A stretch of 64,000 nucleotides of DNA from the human T2T-CHM13v2.0 reference genome, Homo sapiens. The DNA is taken from the NCBI RefSeq assembly GCF_009914755.1, contig NC_060947.1; one strand, 5' to 3'. Numbering within the stretch: position 1 is the first letter of the stretch; each line of letters begins with the position of its first letter. Positions 45,522 to 63,370 of this stretch are shown here, in pieces. The notes below the pieces were generated by a model. The model was not told the origin of the DNA, ran no database searches, and was given only the letters and a program-made list of their open reading frames with translations. The position numbers were made by a program, and so were the translations under genes.

Positions 45522-45866
45522 CAGATGGTCCATGGTTCCACTTACGATTTTTCTACTTTACGATGGTGCAAAAGTGATACATATTCAAGAGAAACCATAC
45601 CTGGAGTACTCAAATAGGCATTGTTTTTTCACTTTCACTACAGTATTTGATATGTTACATGAGATATTCAACACTTTACTATAAAATAGGCTTCATGTTA
45701 AGATGATTTTGCCCAATTGTAGGCTAATGCTACATGTTCTGAACACGTTTAAGGTAGGCTAGGCTAAGCTATGATGTTTGACAGATTAGGTGTATTAAAT
45801 GCATTTTCAACTTAATGATATTTTCAACTCACGATGTCTTTATCAGGTTAAGTTGAAGAGCATCCA
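45522..45866. mobile_element. MER47A (Tigger family) DNA transposon
   Basis: CTTACGATTTTTCTACTTTACGATGGTG...AAGGTAGGCTAGGCTAAGCTATGATGTT...AAGTTGAAGAGCATC. Confidence 0.85.
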
Positions 45867-45949
45867 TACTGTGATGGATGATTACCTCGTGGTTTCCACC
45901 TGGCCACTGATTTCATTTCATTAACATAATGATGCAACTCCAGTACACC

Positions 45950-47490
<1,541 letters not shown>

Positions 47491-47603
47491 TAATGCAACT
47501 CCACATTTTATGCAATCAAATTTTAAAATCTCAATTATAGTTTTATGATGTAGTTTTTGCTGAAACTGGATGGGGGAGCTCCAACCAAACTATTAAAACT
47601 TGA

Positions 47604-48600
<997 letters not shown>

Positions 48601-48958
48601 TCCAACTCTCATGTTAAAGATGACAATACCTAAGTCCAGACCAATAAAAAGGATGTGCCCAGACATCATAGCTACTTAGAAGCTAACTGGGGATAGAACA
48701 GCAGCCTCCTCACTTCTAGTTCAGCCATCTGATTCCAGCATCAGGCAAGTCCAAGGTCACATCAATTCAGGGTCAAAGCTCTTGGTGAAATATTGTTATT
48801 TTTATGAATATATAAATATATATTTTTTCACTGATAGTGATGGAAAATCACCAATAGTGATAAAAAATACAGAACACTAGGTACTCATTCACTATGACCA
48901 CATAGGTAGGAAAAATCTGTTACAATCACTGGGAAGAACCGCTCCCCTCCTCACCTTG

Positions 48959-48960
<2 letters not shown>

Positions 48961-49013
<53 letters not shown>
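48961..49013. repeat. (AC)26 microsatellite
   Basis: Seen directly. Confidence 0.97.
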
Positions 49014-49018
<5 letters not shown>

Positions 49019-49221
49019 TATGACTGTACCTGATGTTCACCAGCACAGGCAGAGCAGGACCACATGTCAAAGAAGCAAGAAAGGTTGTGGCATTTGAAAT
49101 GTGTACGTTCTAAAATTTCCATTTAAAAGCCAGCAGCGACTGTCACTTAAATCCCAGCAATCAGATTATGTCTGAGTCTCGAGGCCTTCCTCATAACATG
49201 GATAAGAAAATGCATAGTATT

Positions 49222-49518
49222 GGCCGGGCCCGGTGGCTCACACCTGTAATCCCAGCACTTTGGGAAGCCAAGGTGGGCAGATCATGAGGTCAGGAGCTCA
49301 AGACCAGCCTGGTCAATATAGGGAAACCCCGTCTCTACTAAAAATACAAAAATTAGCCGGGCATGGTGGCGTGCACCCGTAGTCCCAGCTATTTGGGAGG
49401 CTGAGGCAGGAGAATCGCTTGAACCCAGCCCAGGAGGCGAAGGTTGTGGTGAGCTGAGATCACACCACTGCACTCCAGCCTAGGTAACAGAGCGAGACTC
49501 CATCTCAAAAAAAAGAAA
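49222..49518 (+). mobile_element. AluS
   Basis: 18-bp TSD AAGAAAATGCATAGTATT. Confidence 0.95.
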
Positions 49519-50108
49519 AGAAAATGCATAGTATTATCATATATATTGGTGACTAAAGGAAGAGATCCCACATTGCCCTCCCGGGAGGTAAAGAAAGAAC
49601 AACAGATGATCCTATGCATGGTTTGTCAACAGGGCACAAGGTGTTCAATCAGTGCGCATGGCATTTTACTTTCCTCAGCTGTTCTAAGGAAAAATATCAT
49701 CTGTTCTTTCAATCGTGTACAAATCTGAAGCATTGGGATTAGCTGAGACGGCCACACCCCTTCCTCTTTAAGAAATTCATTAAGACTCTATTGTCTTTCC
49801 CCATTATATTTTCCTGGTCAAATACCTGCATGCACAGCTGCGCTACTGGATAAGCAAAGATGCTTCTGCAACCATAGATGTTGACCTCTGTGCCCAAGCC
49901 TACATCCAGAAATCCACCATACTGACAATGCCATGACAGTAAGAAAATTTTGATTACATCATTAATCAGGAAAAAAACAGAATATTTTTATAAAACATAT
50001 AATTCATCCTAAATATTTTCCAATGTAAGGATTAGTATTCAAATGATTGGAGAGTAATTGATTACCATCTAGTCCATCTTAAATGTGCACATTCTAAAAT
50101 CTCTTTTA

Positions 50109-50854
<746 letters not shown>

Positions 50855-51072
50855 CTAATAATCCCTTCCCTCATTGAATTTAATCATTGTCCTACATGGC
50901 TGTTTTAACAAATATAAGATCTACATTTACTTATGCTTTTCATATAGCTTTTGCCGGTATTTTAACCTTTCACAGGAGGATGTGTGGGTTTGTTCGCTTT
51001 CTCTCTCTCTCTGTCTTTCTCTCTCTCTCCCACCCCACTCCCCACAACAGAGACATAGTATAGTACATATAG

Positions 51073-51392
<320 letters not shown>

Positions 51393-51461
51393 CAGACCAT
51401 GTATTTATACATCAGTAAATGTAACTTACAATTCACATTATGCATCATGTTGGCAGTATAG

Positions 51462-51800
<339 letters not shown>

Positions 51801-53287
51801 AAAGCTAACTCTTTTGGAAAAACAAAAATTAGTGTCTTATTTTAGTCTGTTAAAATACCTTGATTTGATACATTTTTAATTGATAAAAATATTGATTTCG
51901 TAACTCAAATTGTTGTGGTCCTCTAAAAATATTTAACTATGACTACTATCTGAGTTTATGTTGTCATTAAGTAAACAACAAACACTACACAGAATCCAAT
52001 AAGGAAATGATCTACACACAAGGCATGGTGAGATAAAAACTCAATCTTCTGTTGAATAAAATGAAAAGCATGAGCATGCCATAATAAAAAATTTGGAAAA
52101 GATAAATTAAAATTCCAGAGGGGCAGGAAAAAAATTCTATTTTCACCCACAAATGGCACAGCTGTTATTTCAGCAGAGGATTACTCAGGTTGTGGATTTT
52201 TCATGCCTCCAACTGTGTCAGCAGCCAATCTAGGACTGGCAAGAGGCAATGAGAGTTCACTTAGCGGTCATGAGGGGTCTTAAGACCCTGTAAGTGCCTC
52301 CCATTCTTTTATGCATTTTGGTCACTTCACAGTACGGCTCTATCTCTAGGATTAGTAGAAATGGGCATGAATGAGGTGAAATTTACATCTGCTTTTTTTT
52401 TTAACTGCTTCTAACAACTCTACTAAAACATTCAGATGTACACTGAAGCCAAGTTCTGGAAAAGCTAGAACTTATTCATGGTTATTATACTACCTCTTGA
52501 AAACTAGGATCTCTTCATACATGTTTTAGCATATTTCAACTGAGTTCCTGCGTTGTATACTGTAACTATACTTTTTCCTAATGTAGTCTAGTCCTCAAAA
52601 AAGGTTCCTTTCATGGGTGGTGTATCAGAGACGTTTAAATTCATGTTTCCACTCTGAAGAGTTTGTAACAGCTGGGAAAGCACACAGACATTATAATTGG
52701 GTAAAGGACTACTGTTTCTCAGTAGGAGAATATCTTAAATTTTCACACATGGCGAGGAAGAACATAGATGAACAGTCCCAATCTATCAGATCTCTTTTTG
52801 TTTCCTGACACTCTCCTCTCCTAGAAAATGCCTTTTAAATCGGAGGATAGAGACAAATCAATGGCAAATACTTGAGGGTGCTTCACAATGAGAAAGCCCC
52901 CAATTTCCAAGGCTATATACAGCAGCTTCCAGGATGAAGAGGAAAGGTGTTGTTCCCTTTTCCAATACTGAAGAGCTCCTTCCTCATCCCATAGCACCAC
53001 CAGTGGTATTTCCACTAGGCCAGCCCAAATTACCAATGCCAAAAGGAAACTGGGGCTGTCTTAGATATGCTTCAGATTAAAAAAAAAAAAAAAGCGGGGA
53101 GAGGGGCTGAGGATTTGAGAGGAGGGCCAAAAGAGGATGCTAGGAACCACAGAACCATCTTGGGCTCATGTTAGGTGCAATTAAACCCATGAGTGAGGGC
53201 CACAACTGTGCACCCCGCTGCTGATCTAAGTGGAATAAACCTCCTTGGCCCAACCTGCTCTAATCTCCATTCCTGCTCCCAAATAAG

Positions 53288-53829
53288 TGTAGTAGATTGC
53301 TTGCAAAAAGGCTTCAATTATTCTCTTCTCTCTATCCATGTTCCTTGCAATGTGATTATATAAATAGCTCCTTCCATCAAGAGATAGAACCTACTTCCTC
53401 ACCTCCTGAATCAGGGCTGGCTTTAAAGTGACTTGCCTTGGCTAACAAATTCAGAGGAAATAATCTTGTGCCAGTTGCAAGTCTAGGCCTCAAGAGGCCT
53501 TGGTTGCCTCTGCACTCTCAATTAGAACCTGGCCAGCCATAGTGTGAACAAGCTCAGGCTAGCCTGGTTACAGATTAAAGACCACAATGTCGAGCAGAGA
53601 GGAGCTGAGGCCATCCTAGAAGAGACAGCCTCCAACTCACACAGCAGATCACAGACACAAGTGAAGGTGGCCAAGGTCAGAAGACCTGCCCAGATTGAAA
53701 GAACCATCCAGCTGAGTCCTGCCCAAATTGCCAACCCACAGAATCAAGAACTAAATAAATGGTGGTTGTTTAAAACCACTAAGTAGACCGATATTGTGAT
53801 GAGCTGTTAAGCAACAAAATCTGAGCACA
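53288..53829 (+). mobile_element. MLT1F-like MaLR LTR
   Basis: CTCCTTCCATCAAGAG...CTAGGCCTCAAGAGGCCTTG...CCAAATTGCCAACCCACAGAATC...AATAAATGGTGGTTGTTT. Confidence 0.8.
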
Positions 53830-53844
53830 GATGGGTTCTCCATG

Positions 53845-54960
53845 AGTTCATTCATTCCATGAACATTTATTAAATATCATTTGTTTTCAAGTAGTGCCCC
53901 AGTAGTTGCTGGGGGTATAATAATTAATATGCATTACTGCCTGCAATTATGAATCACTTCCTCCAACCACACTAAATGAGAGATGAATAACAAGATCTAC
54001 TTAAAGAAAAGGAAGGCTCAAAGAGGCCACTTTTCAGCTGGCTTTTAAAGGAAAACTAGTAACTTGCCAGGTAGACAGGCATGAACATCAGAAATAGAAG
54101 AAACAGCATGTGCAAAAGCATAGATGCAGGAAAGAACTCAAGGAATGTTCTAGGAATGGAAAATAGTTTAGGACAGATGGAGTGTGGGGAGGAAATGGCA
54201 GATGATAGAGCAGAGAAAACAGATTGAAGGCAAATAATGAAGAGTCTCACATTGTAAATCATGCTTAGGGATTTGAATGCCTCTTGTAGGCAGTGGAGAG
54301 CTACAAATCGTTTTTAAGTAAAAAACAGCATGATTAAATCTGTGTTTTAGGAAAAGAAAGCTGATGACAAGTGGAAGATGGATTAGAGGCAAGAGTAGAA
54401 TCAGGGAGATCAGATGGGAGGTTATTACTACAATCCTAAAGGGGAATTAAAGAACCAGAACCACAAGGTAGTGAATATGGGGAAGAGGGGATGTCTATGA
54501 AAGATGTTTCAGAGAAAGGAGAAAGACTCAGCAGCTTTGATGACCAACTAAGTATGAGCTGTGAGGGTGATAAAAGTCATGCAGGAGAATCCGGAACAGT
54601 GCCAAGAATTCTACTTCAGAATCCTAGAGGAATGGTAAATATATTAATTAGGGTGGGAAAGCAGACAAGCAGACTGGAGAGGAACAACACATGTTTCATA
54701 TGAAAGGCACCTGTGGGACATCCAGAGGGAGATGTCCAGGAGGCAATTAACAAATACATACCTGCAGCCTGAGTTGAGGGATAGTAGTGGGAACAGGCTA
54801 TAAAGATGTGGGGGTTGAGGGGTCTGAAGGGTCTGAAGAACATGGGGCAGTGGGAGGGGACATTTTAAGACATCAAAGTGACAGAAAATGCAGACCTTTC
54901 AAGAAAAAGATGAAGAGAAAAAGCTAATGAATGGCAGGATCTTGAGGGGCTAAGGAAAGC
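53845..54960 (-). mobile_element. L2 3' region
   Basis: TTCATTCATTCCATGAACATTTATT terminus; AACAGCATGTGCAAAAGCA; GGAGATGTCCAGGAGGCA. Confidence 0.78.
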
Positions 54961-55828
54961 TGCAGCACTGAACAGCAGTGACTGTCCTTGGGGATAGAAG
55001 AGGGGAGGGGGAGAATCATTTGGCAAGCATGGATTACAAATAGAGAAAGTATAGATACCCATATATTTTGCCACATTCTTTCCTACAGAAGAGTTATCAC
55101 TGAGCTCTTCCCTATGGTTCTTCCCAATCTAGAGGGGCCCCGAGTGGAGGCCACTTGAGTAATAGCATCTATGCCCATATAAACATATAAACATACTTGC
55201 TTCAAATCCCTTTTCTGCCACCTGCTGCAGAAAAGGTGTATATCACCAACTTCCACACTCAAGGCACATATTTGAAATATGCTTATAGTTAATTTACTAT
55301 ATCTTCCAAACAGATTGTCTCCATATGTTTTCAGTTACTAAAAACAAGGTTTTTAAAAAATAACCCCAAAGTAGGCAAAAATTTCATAAACAGAACACAA
55401 AAAACAATAGCCATTTTAAAAGGCAAAAATTGATCACTAGACTTCCAAGTTATCAAAAGATTCCATTTAGACAGTGAAAAGGCAAACCAGACTGGGAGAA
55501 AATATTTGTAACATATGTATTTGGCAAAGGACTCATATGCAGGATATAAAAGAACTTTTACAAGAAAAACCAACCAACCAAAAAACAACCCAACTCAAAA
55601 ATGGGCAAAAGATTTGAAAAGGCACTTCACAAAAGGATATATCCCAGTGCCATTAAGTATATGAAATAGTACTCAACATCATTACTCACCGGGAAATATA
55701 AATTAAAACCACAAGGACCACCTCACATCCATCAGGATGGCTACTATCAAAGAAACAGAAAATAAAAAGTGTTGTTGAGGATGTGGAGAAACTGAAACCC
55801 TTATACACTGCTGGCTGGAATGTAAAAT

Positions 55829-56386
<558 letters not shown>

Positions 56387-56937
56387 GACCCTATCTTTAG
56401 AAGCTTTTTAAATAAAAATAAAAATAGAATTACCATATGATCCAGCAATTCCACTTCTGGGTATATGCCCAAAAGAACTGAAAGCAAGGACTTGAAGAGG
56501 TTATCTGTACAATAATGGTTCAGAGCAGCATTATTCACAAATAGCCAAAAGGTGAAGACCCAAGTGTCCATTGACAAATGAATGGATTAACAAAATGTGG
56601 CATATACATACAATAGAATATTATTTCTCCTTGAAACTGCTAAATTCTAATACATGCTATAACATGGCTAAAACTTGAGGACATTAAGTTAAATAAGCCA
56701 GTCACAAAAGGCAAACGCTACATGATCTAGCTTATATGAGGTGTATAGTCAAATCCACGGACACAGAAGGTAGAATGGTGGTTGCCAGTAGCTAAGGAAG
56801 TGGGACTTGGGTAATTACTGTTTAATGGGTACAGTTTCAGTTTTGCAAAATGAAGAGTTCTGGAGATGAGTGGTGGTGAAGGTTAGATAACAAGTTGAAT
56901 GTACTTAATGCTACTAACCGTACACTCAAAAACAGTT

Positions 56938-57216
56938 GGCCGGGTGCAGTGGCTCACGCCTGTAATCCCAGCACTTTGGTGGGCTGAGGCAGGTGGATCA
57001 CCTGAGGTCAGGAGTTCAGCATCAGCCTGGCCAACATAGTGAGACCTCATCTCTACTAAAAATACAAAAAATTAGCCAGGCATGGTGGTGCCCGTCTGTA
57101 ATTTCAGCTACTTGGGTGGCTGAGGTAGGAGAATTGCTTGAACCCAGGAGGCAGAGGCTGTAGTGAGCCAAGATCGCACCACCACACTGCAGCACTCTGT
57201 CTCAAAAAAAAAAAAA
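56938..57216 (+). mobile_element. AluSx-like
   Basis: Dimer with short 3' deletion. Confidence 0.9.
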
Positions 57217-57993
57217 GGTTAAGATGGTAAATTCTAAATATACATATTTTCCCACAATTACAATAAAATACGTTTTTAAAAACCCACAAAGATACCACTG
57301 TACACCCAGCAAAGTAGCTAAAATTTAAAAGACAGATAACACCAAGTGTTCATTAAAATGTAGAGCCACTAACTGGGTAACACTCATACACTACTGGGGA
57401 AATTTAAGTTGGTACAACCCCTTTGGGAAACTGTTTGGCAATATCTACTAAAGCTAAATATGTGCCTACCTATGACCCTACAATTCCTCTCCTGAGCATA
57501 TGTTCAGAGACATGATTGGGCATGTGCACCAAAAGACATAAGCAAGAATGTTCATGGCTGCTTTATTCGTATTAGCCCCAAACTGAAAACAATCCAAAGA
57601 GCCAACAGGAAAATGGAGAAACAAACTGTGATATATGCATACAATGGAATGATTCTCAGCAAGAGATTAGAACTACTGATATGCACAACCTTGTGGATGA
57701 ATCTCATAGACTTTATGTTATGCCTATGAAATTCTAGTGCCTGTCTATATGTGTGAATGAAAGACACACACAAGAGTTCCCACTATATGACACTATTTAT
57801 ACGGAACTTACAAGACAAAACTAGTGGATGGAGTTTTTTAAAAATCACAATGTGGTTACCTTCATGTTGGAGGTACGATGAATTCTGAACAGAAGGGGCA
57901 AGAGGAAATCCTCTGGAGTGCTGGAAATCTACATCTTGACTCAGGTGATGGTCACATGGTATACACGCATGCAAAGTTTCACTGAGGAGTACA

Positions 57994-57995
57994 CT

Positions 57996-58034
<39 letters not shown>

Positions 58035-58136
58035 TCTTTTTGGAGACAGGGTCTCATTCTGTCACCCAGGTTGGAGTGCAGCGGCACGATCTCGGCTCAC
58101 TGCAACCTCAGCCTCCTGGGTTCAAGTGATTCTCCT
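57994..58136 (-). mobile_element. 5'-truncated Alu with (TTTA)n tail
   Basis: TSD TGAG(G/C)AGTACACTTTA. Confidence 0.88.
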
Positions 58137-58527
58137 TGAGCAGTACACTTTAGACCAGTACCTTTTACACACTTTATTATGTATGTTATATGTCAAAAGT
58201 CAAATATCTCTAAAGCACCTAATGGCTCTACAACAAATATACTATAATTCAAAAAAGGAATAAAATATCAACCTTGTTCTTTTTCTTTTTGACTGAGGAG
58301 ACTCCATTCCTGTTAGATATTTTGAGGGATAATTAGTTACATCCCAATTTCCTGAGTCAGATAATGAATCTAAGTCTCATGCAGTGCAAACTTACATGTT
58401 CCTAAATGTTCAAGAGCTTTCCTGAAGCCACTCCTTATCCATGGAGTCTTTAAAGTGAGAACCCTTCAGTATTTAGTGCAATCTACACTTTCTGAGTCTG
58501 AGCTCCCTGTTTGCTTTCTACTGGTAA

Positions 58528-58865
<338 letters not shown>

Positions 58866-59126
58866 CCATTTATTTTTTAAGCTTCAATAACAGCATCCAA
58901 GTTTATTTAACACCTTCATTAGCAGGGACGAAACAAATCCCTCCTCAGCTGTAAGGCAGAATGTCGAGGTAACACCACAACCAGCACTGTGATAATTGTG
59001 CACCCCATCCCACCCGTTGCATCTGCACAAAGAGAAAGCTTCATTCTCTTGAGCGGCCATTTTGATGCCTGACCCTTAACACGGCCAGCACAATAACTTT
59101 AGCATCCGTGTGAAAGTACCAATAGC

Positions 59127-59443
59127 GGTGGTAGGCGCTGGCTCATGCCTGTAATCCCAGCGCTTTGGGAGACCGAGGCGGGAGGATCACCCAAGGTCAG
59201 GAGTTGGAGACCAGCCTTACCAACATGGTGAAACCCCGTCTCTACTAAAAATACAAAAATTAGCCGGGCCTGGTGGTGGGTGCCTGTAATCTCAGCCACT
59301 CAGGAGGCTGGGGCAGGGGAATCGCTTGAACCCGAGGTGAAGGTTGCAGTGAGTCGAGATCATGCCACTACACTACAGCCTGGGCGACAGAGAGAGACTC
59401 CTTCTCAAAAAACAACAACAACAACAACAACAACAAAAAAAAA
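59127..59443 (+). mobile_element. AluS with (AAC)n tail
   Basis: TSD TACCAATAGC. Confidence 0.92.
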
Positions 59444-59861
59444 CATACCAATAGCTATGGCCTACCATTCCCAGGAAAGAAAGTAAAAGCCCACAAAGGT
59501 AAATATTTTCTTCCCTTTGGCGTCTTCTGCCCTTCATTATAAAGAGTTGCTCAGTTGTTGAAAAAGGATCTTAATATGCAAAACTTTACATTTTAGTGAG
59601 AATCAAAGGCAAATTCTTTTGAACTGTGTCACAACGAATAACATTACAAACATGTCTCTCATCAGCACATAACTCGTCCTTATTTTAGTCAAGCAGGCAA
59701 ATTAGTGGGCCTGTAAAAACAGCAAGGTAGTAGGAGAAAAATCATCAGAAGGTTAATAGCAGAAGGGCTTGGTTTAAAAGAAGCCTCCTAATGCATCTGT
59801 ATTCTGATCGGTGTTACGTCAATTCAACAGTGAGATGCAGTTTTATTAAAAGCTGATACTT

Positions 59862-60450
<589 letters not shown>

Positions 60451-60870
60451 AAAAAATAAAAAAAATTTTTAAGCTGATATTGTTATTGGTTCATGCAGGT
60501 GACTCTGTTAACATTATCTCAAATGAAATTATTCAGAACAATTGGCAGTTTTATGTAGTTTCAGGAAAAGTGTTTTGAAAAGCAGATATCAAACAACTGG
60601 TTAAATGCAAAGCCACATGGTCACAATGGAAAAACAACTCTTTTAGAACAGTAAAAAGTCATGTAATATAATGACATGCAGAATTTTTATTTAAATACAT
60701 TGTCAGAAATAGATTAGACCCTGCTTCTCCTCGGAGGTTACCTCAAAATACATTTCACTTCATAGAAATTTATATAAGTGTCAAAATATTGAACATAAGA
60801 GCAAATGGGTTAGTACTACTGGAATGCAATAATTATAAAGCTAGATAGGTGGATTAATTGTCCTACATAC

Positions 60871-60968
60871 CTGTGGTTTTTCAGATTCCTGTGCTTGCTT
60901 ACTCATGTACATTTGACTCTTTCAGAAACCACTTCTGGAAGCTCCCGGTCTGGCTTCTACACTGCCAC
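60871..60968 (-). other. Internal exon (98 nt), probably 5' UTR, of the - strand host gene
   Basis: Acceptor tttatttctcttttatgtctacag|GTGGC and donor CCACAG|gtatgt, in unique sequence 1.9 kb downstream of the CpG-island donor. Confidence 0.7.
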
Positions 60969-61651
60969 CTGTAGACATAAAAGAGAAATAAATCATGTAT
61001 TATTCGTCAACAATGCATCTTTTCTAGGCATCTAACGGGGACATCTGGGGAAAAAGTGGCAAAACATTTGCTCCAAAAGACAAAAATGTTCTTTCTCCTC
61101 TGTGTTGAAAATTCCTAAGGCGTCCTTCTCCCCAATGGTATGATAAATTATTTGATTAGAAATTGAAACATATGTAAGTCTCAGATCATCAACTATACAC
61201 CACTCTGAGCCGATCATTAAAGAGATGGAGTCGCAGAACTCAACTTACAGCCATTTCAAGACCTGTCGTTTAAAATTAAAAGAAAACTTCACCGCTTTGT
61301 TCATCTGTAATTCAGAATTCTGTAAATTGACACAAAGAAAGATCAGGGGCGATTCAGGCTAAGGTTACTTTACCACAAGGTTGTAAGATGTCTATTTAAA
61401 ATAACAGTAATTCTAACCTGAACTACAGTTTTGTCCAATCCAAACAGCAGTTTGGTGGGGTATTTTCATCAAAATGCCCTATCCTTGATTTGAATATGAA
61501 TGACTGCGGAAGGGTCTTTCTGAAACCCCACGGATTTTAATACAGGTAGGTCCTTTTTCCAAAAAAAAAAAAAAAAAAGTCAGGAAATGAACAAACAGGA
61601 ATAAAAATTCATGAACAACTATCGGCAAATCCAAGCAGCCATGAGACGTGC

Positions 61652-61653
<2 letters not shown>

Positions 61654-61719
<66 letters not shown>

Positions 61720-61768
61720 GAGAGAGAGAGAGACAGAGACAGAGAGAGACCGACCGACAGACACACAC
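61654..61768. repeat. Compound (GT)18-(GA/GACA)n microsatellite
   Basis: Seen directly. Confidence 0.95.
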
Positions 61769-61779
61769 TGAGATTTCTG

Positions 61780-63370
61780 GAGTTAATTGCGAATAACCGC
61801 GCCGCGAAGCTTTTTTACCTCCTCCAAGTCCCACAGTCTACCTAGGACAAGTAAGCCCGGCTCCAGCACCTTAAGCCAAAGACACAAGCACCACCACCTC
61901 CACCCCCACTACCTAGGCGAGACAGCGCCAAAAGCCACCGAGCGTGCACGCCAGCCAGGCCCGCTACCCCGCAAACCCGGGAGCTTCTTTATCCCCAGCA
62001 GAGATCCGCCCCACTTACCAGTAATTTACTTTAACGCCTCGAAAGCATGATTTGGTTTACGGAATTGCAGCAAATAAAAGAAAATCAAGTCTCCTTGAGA
62101 CACTGTCCTCCTCCTCCCTAGGACGCACATTCACACGGAACACTCTCCTTTCGCTCTCAACCCCGAACACGCTCTGGACTATCCCAAGAGGGTCTTTGGG
62201 GACCCGCCAGAGATCGATACTGCTCCCACGTGCCTCCATTAAACCCTTGTCCAAACATGCACAAGGCGCCAAGGGCATGTGCAGTATCAGCCCTCAGAGT
62301 AAGTTCAGCAAACCCATTCCCTACCCCCGAAAGCGCGAGGGAGCACCCTGACGCAAGCGCCGGCCCCGGCAGACAATACTCAAGCAACTCCAGCCTTCCG
62401 CGCACACGCCCCGACCGGTCCAGCCACCACTCTCTCCTCCCATGGTCCCTACAGTCTTCGGGCCGGGAGCAGGGGGCGTCCTGATGGTTGCTGGGTGTGG
62501 ACTGTGAAGAGAAGGGCAACCTGCACACGCCACCGATACTGCGGGGCGGGTAGGAGATCGCAGTTTTCCAAAGCCCCACCGGTGTGCCCAGCTCCTCAGA
62601 AGGGGTGGGGTGGGGACAGTGGAACCGAGGGAGTGAACCCTAAGGGAGGCAGCTTTTCTGCACCTCTTTCCCACCTACCACAGCGCGCGCGCAGAAGCGC
62701 GCCCACCACGGGGCCGTGCACCTTCCTTCTGCCCCTGGACCTACCCAGCCCTCGCCCCCAAGCGCAGTGGCCTGGAAGAGCGGGCGTCCGGCCCGCGGTG
62801 GCCGGGGGAGCCGGCAGAGCGCCGCGCTCGGGGGTGCCCACCTGCGCGCAGGGTCGTCGCTGCTGCCGGTGCACCCGCCGCTGTTGCAGTCTCCAGCTGC
62901 AGGAGGAAGAGGCGCGGCGGCTGAGCCCCCGGACTCCACGCGCCTACTCGCGCCCCGGAGCGGTGGTCCTCATTTCCCTTCGTCCCGGCTGGCGAGCCAC
63001 CCACCTCGCCCGCAGGTTCTGCCAGTCCCGCGGCCCGCCAGAGCCCAAGCTATCCTCTCCGCCCCTTTCCCGCCGCCCCGCGCTGCGCTGCGCTCCGCCC
63101 CCTGCCCGCCCATCCCCGCCGGGGCCCAGCCGGGGGCTGCGGGCGCCGCGCCTCGTGCCGCAGATTTCGGGTTCTTGGGTCTGTGGCGGTAGAAAGGGGA
63201 TGGGGGGGACCAGGGGTGCGGCCCTGGGGTCCGCCCCCAACCCCGCTCTCCCAACCGGTTCCCCACTCCTGGGGCCCGCGGCGGCCGCCCGCGGCTAAGG
63301 GTGTGGGAACCGTGCACTCTGCCCCCGCTCTTCCGGCGTCTCCCCGCATGGCACCTTCCGTGGCCCAGAG
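61780..63370 (-). promoter_or_regulatory. CpG island promoter of a - strand gene
   Basis: Very high GC and CpG density; GC boxes (CCGCCCC) near 63059, 63095 and 63231; - strand donors; island extends leftward; L1s mostly on + and an A-rich + strand fit - strand transcription. Confidence 0.85.
62842..63060 (-). other. Candidate first exon(s), non-coding
   Basis: Donors GCGCAG|gtgggc (62842) and GCGAG|gtgggt (63005); internal acceptor cctcttcctcctgcag|CTG (62896). Transcription start not determinable. Confidence 0.5.

Noticed and set aside
60959-60976. CTCF-like CAGGTGGCAG on -
   Set aside because: 5' half mismatches the core, and the exon acceptor explains the sequence.
62495-63298. 267-aa ORF and overlapping ORFs in the CpG island
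   Set aside because: Low-complexity R/P/G/A translations in all frames, caused by stop-codon scarcity at high GC.
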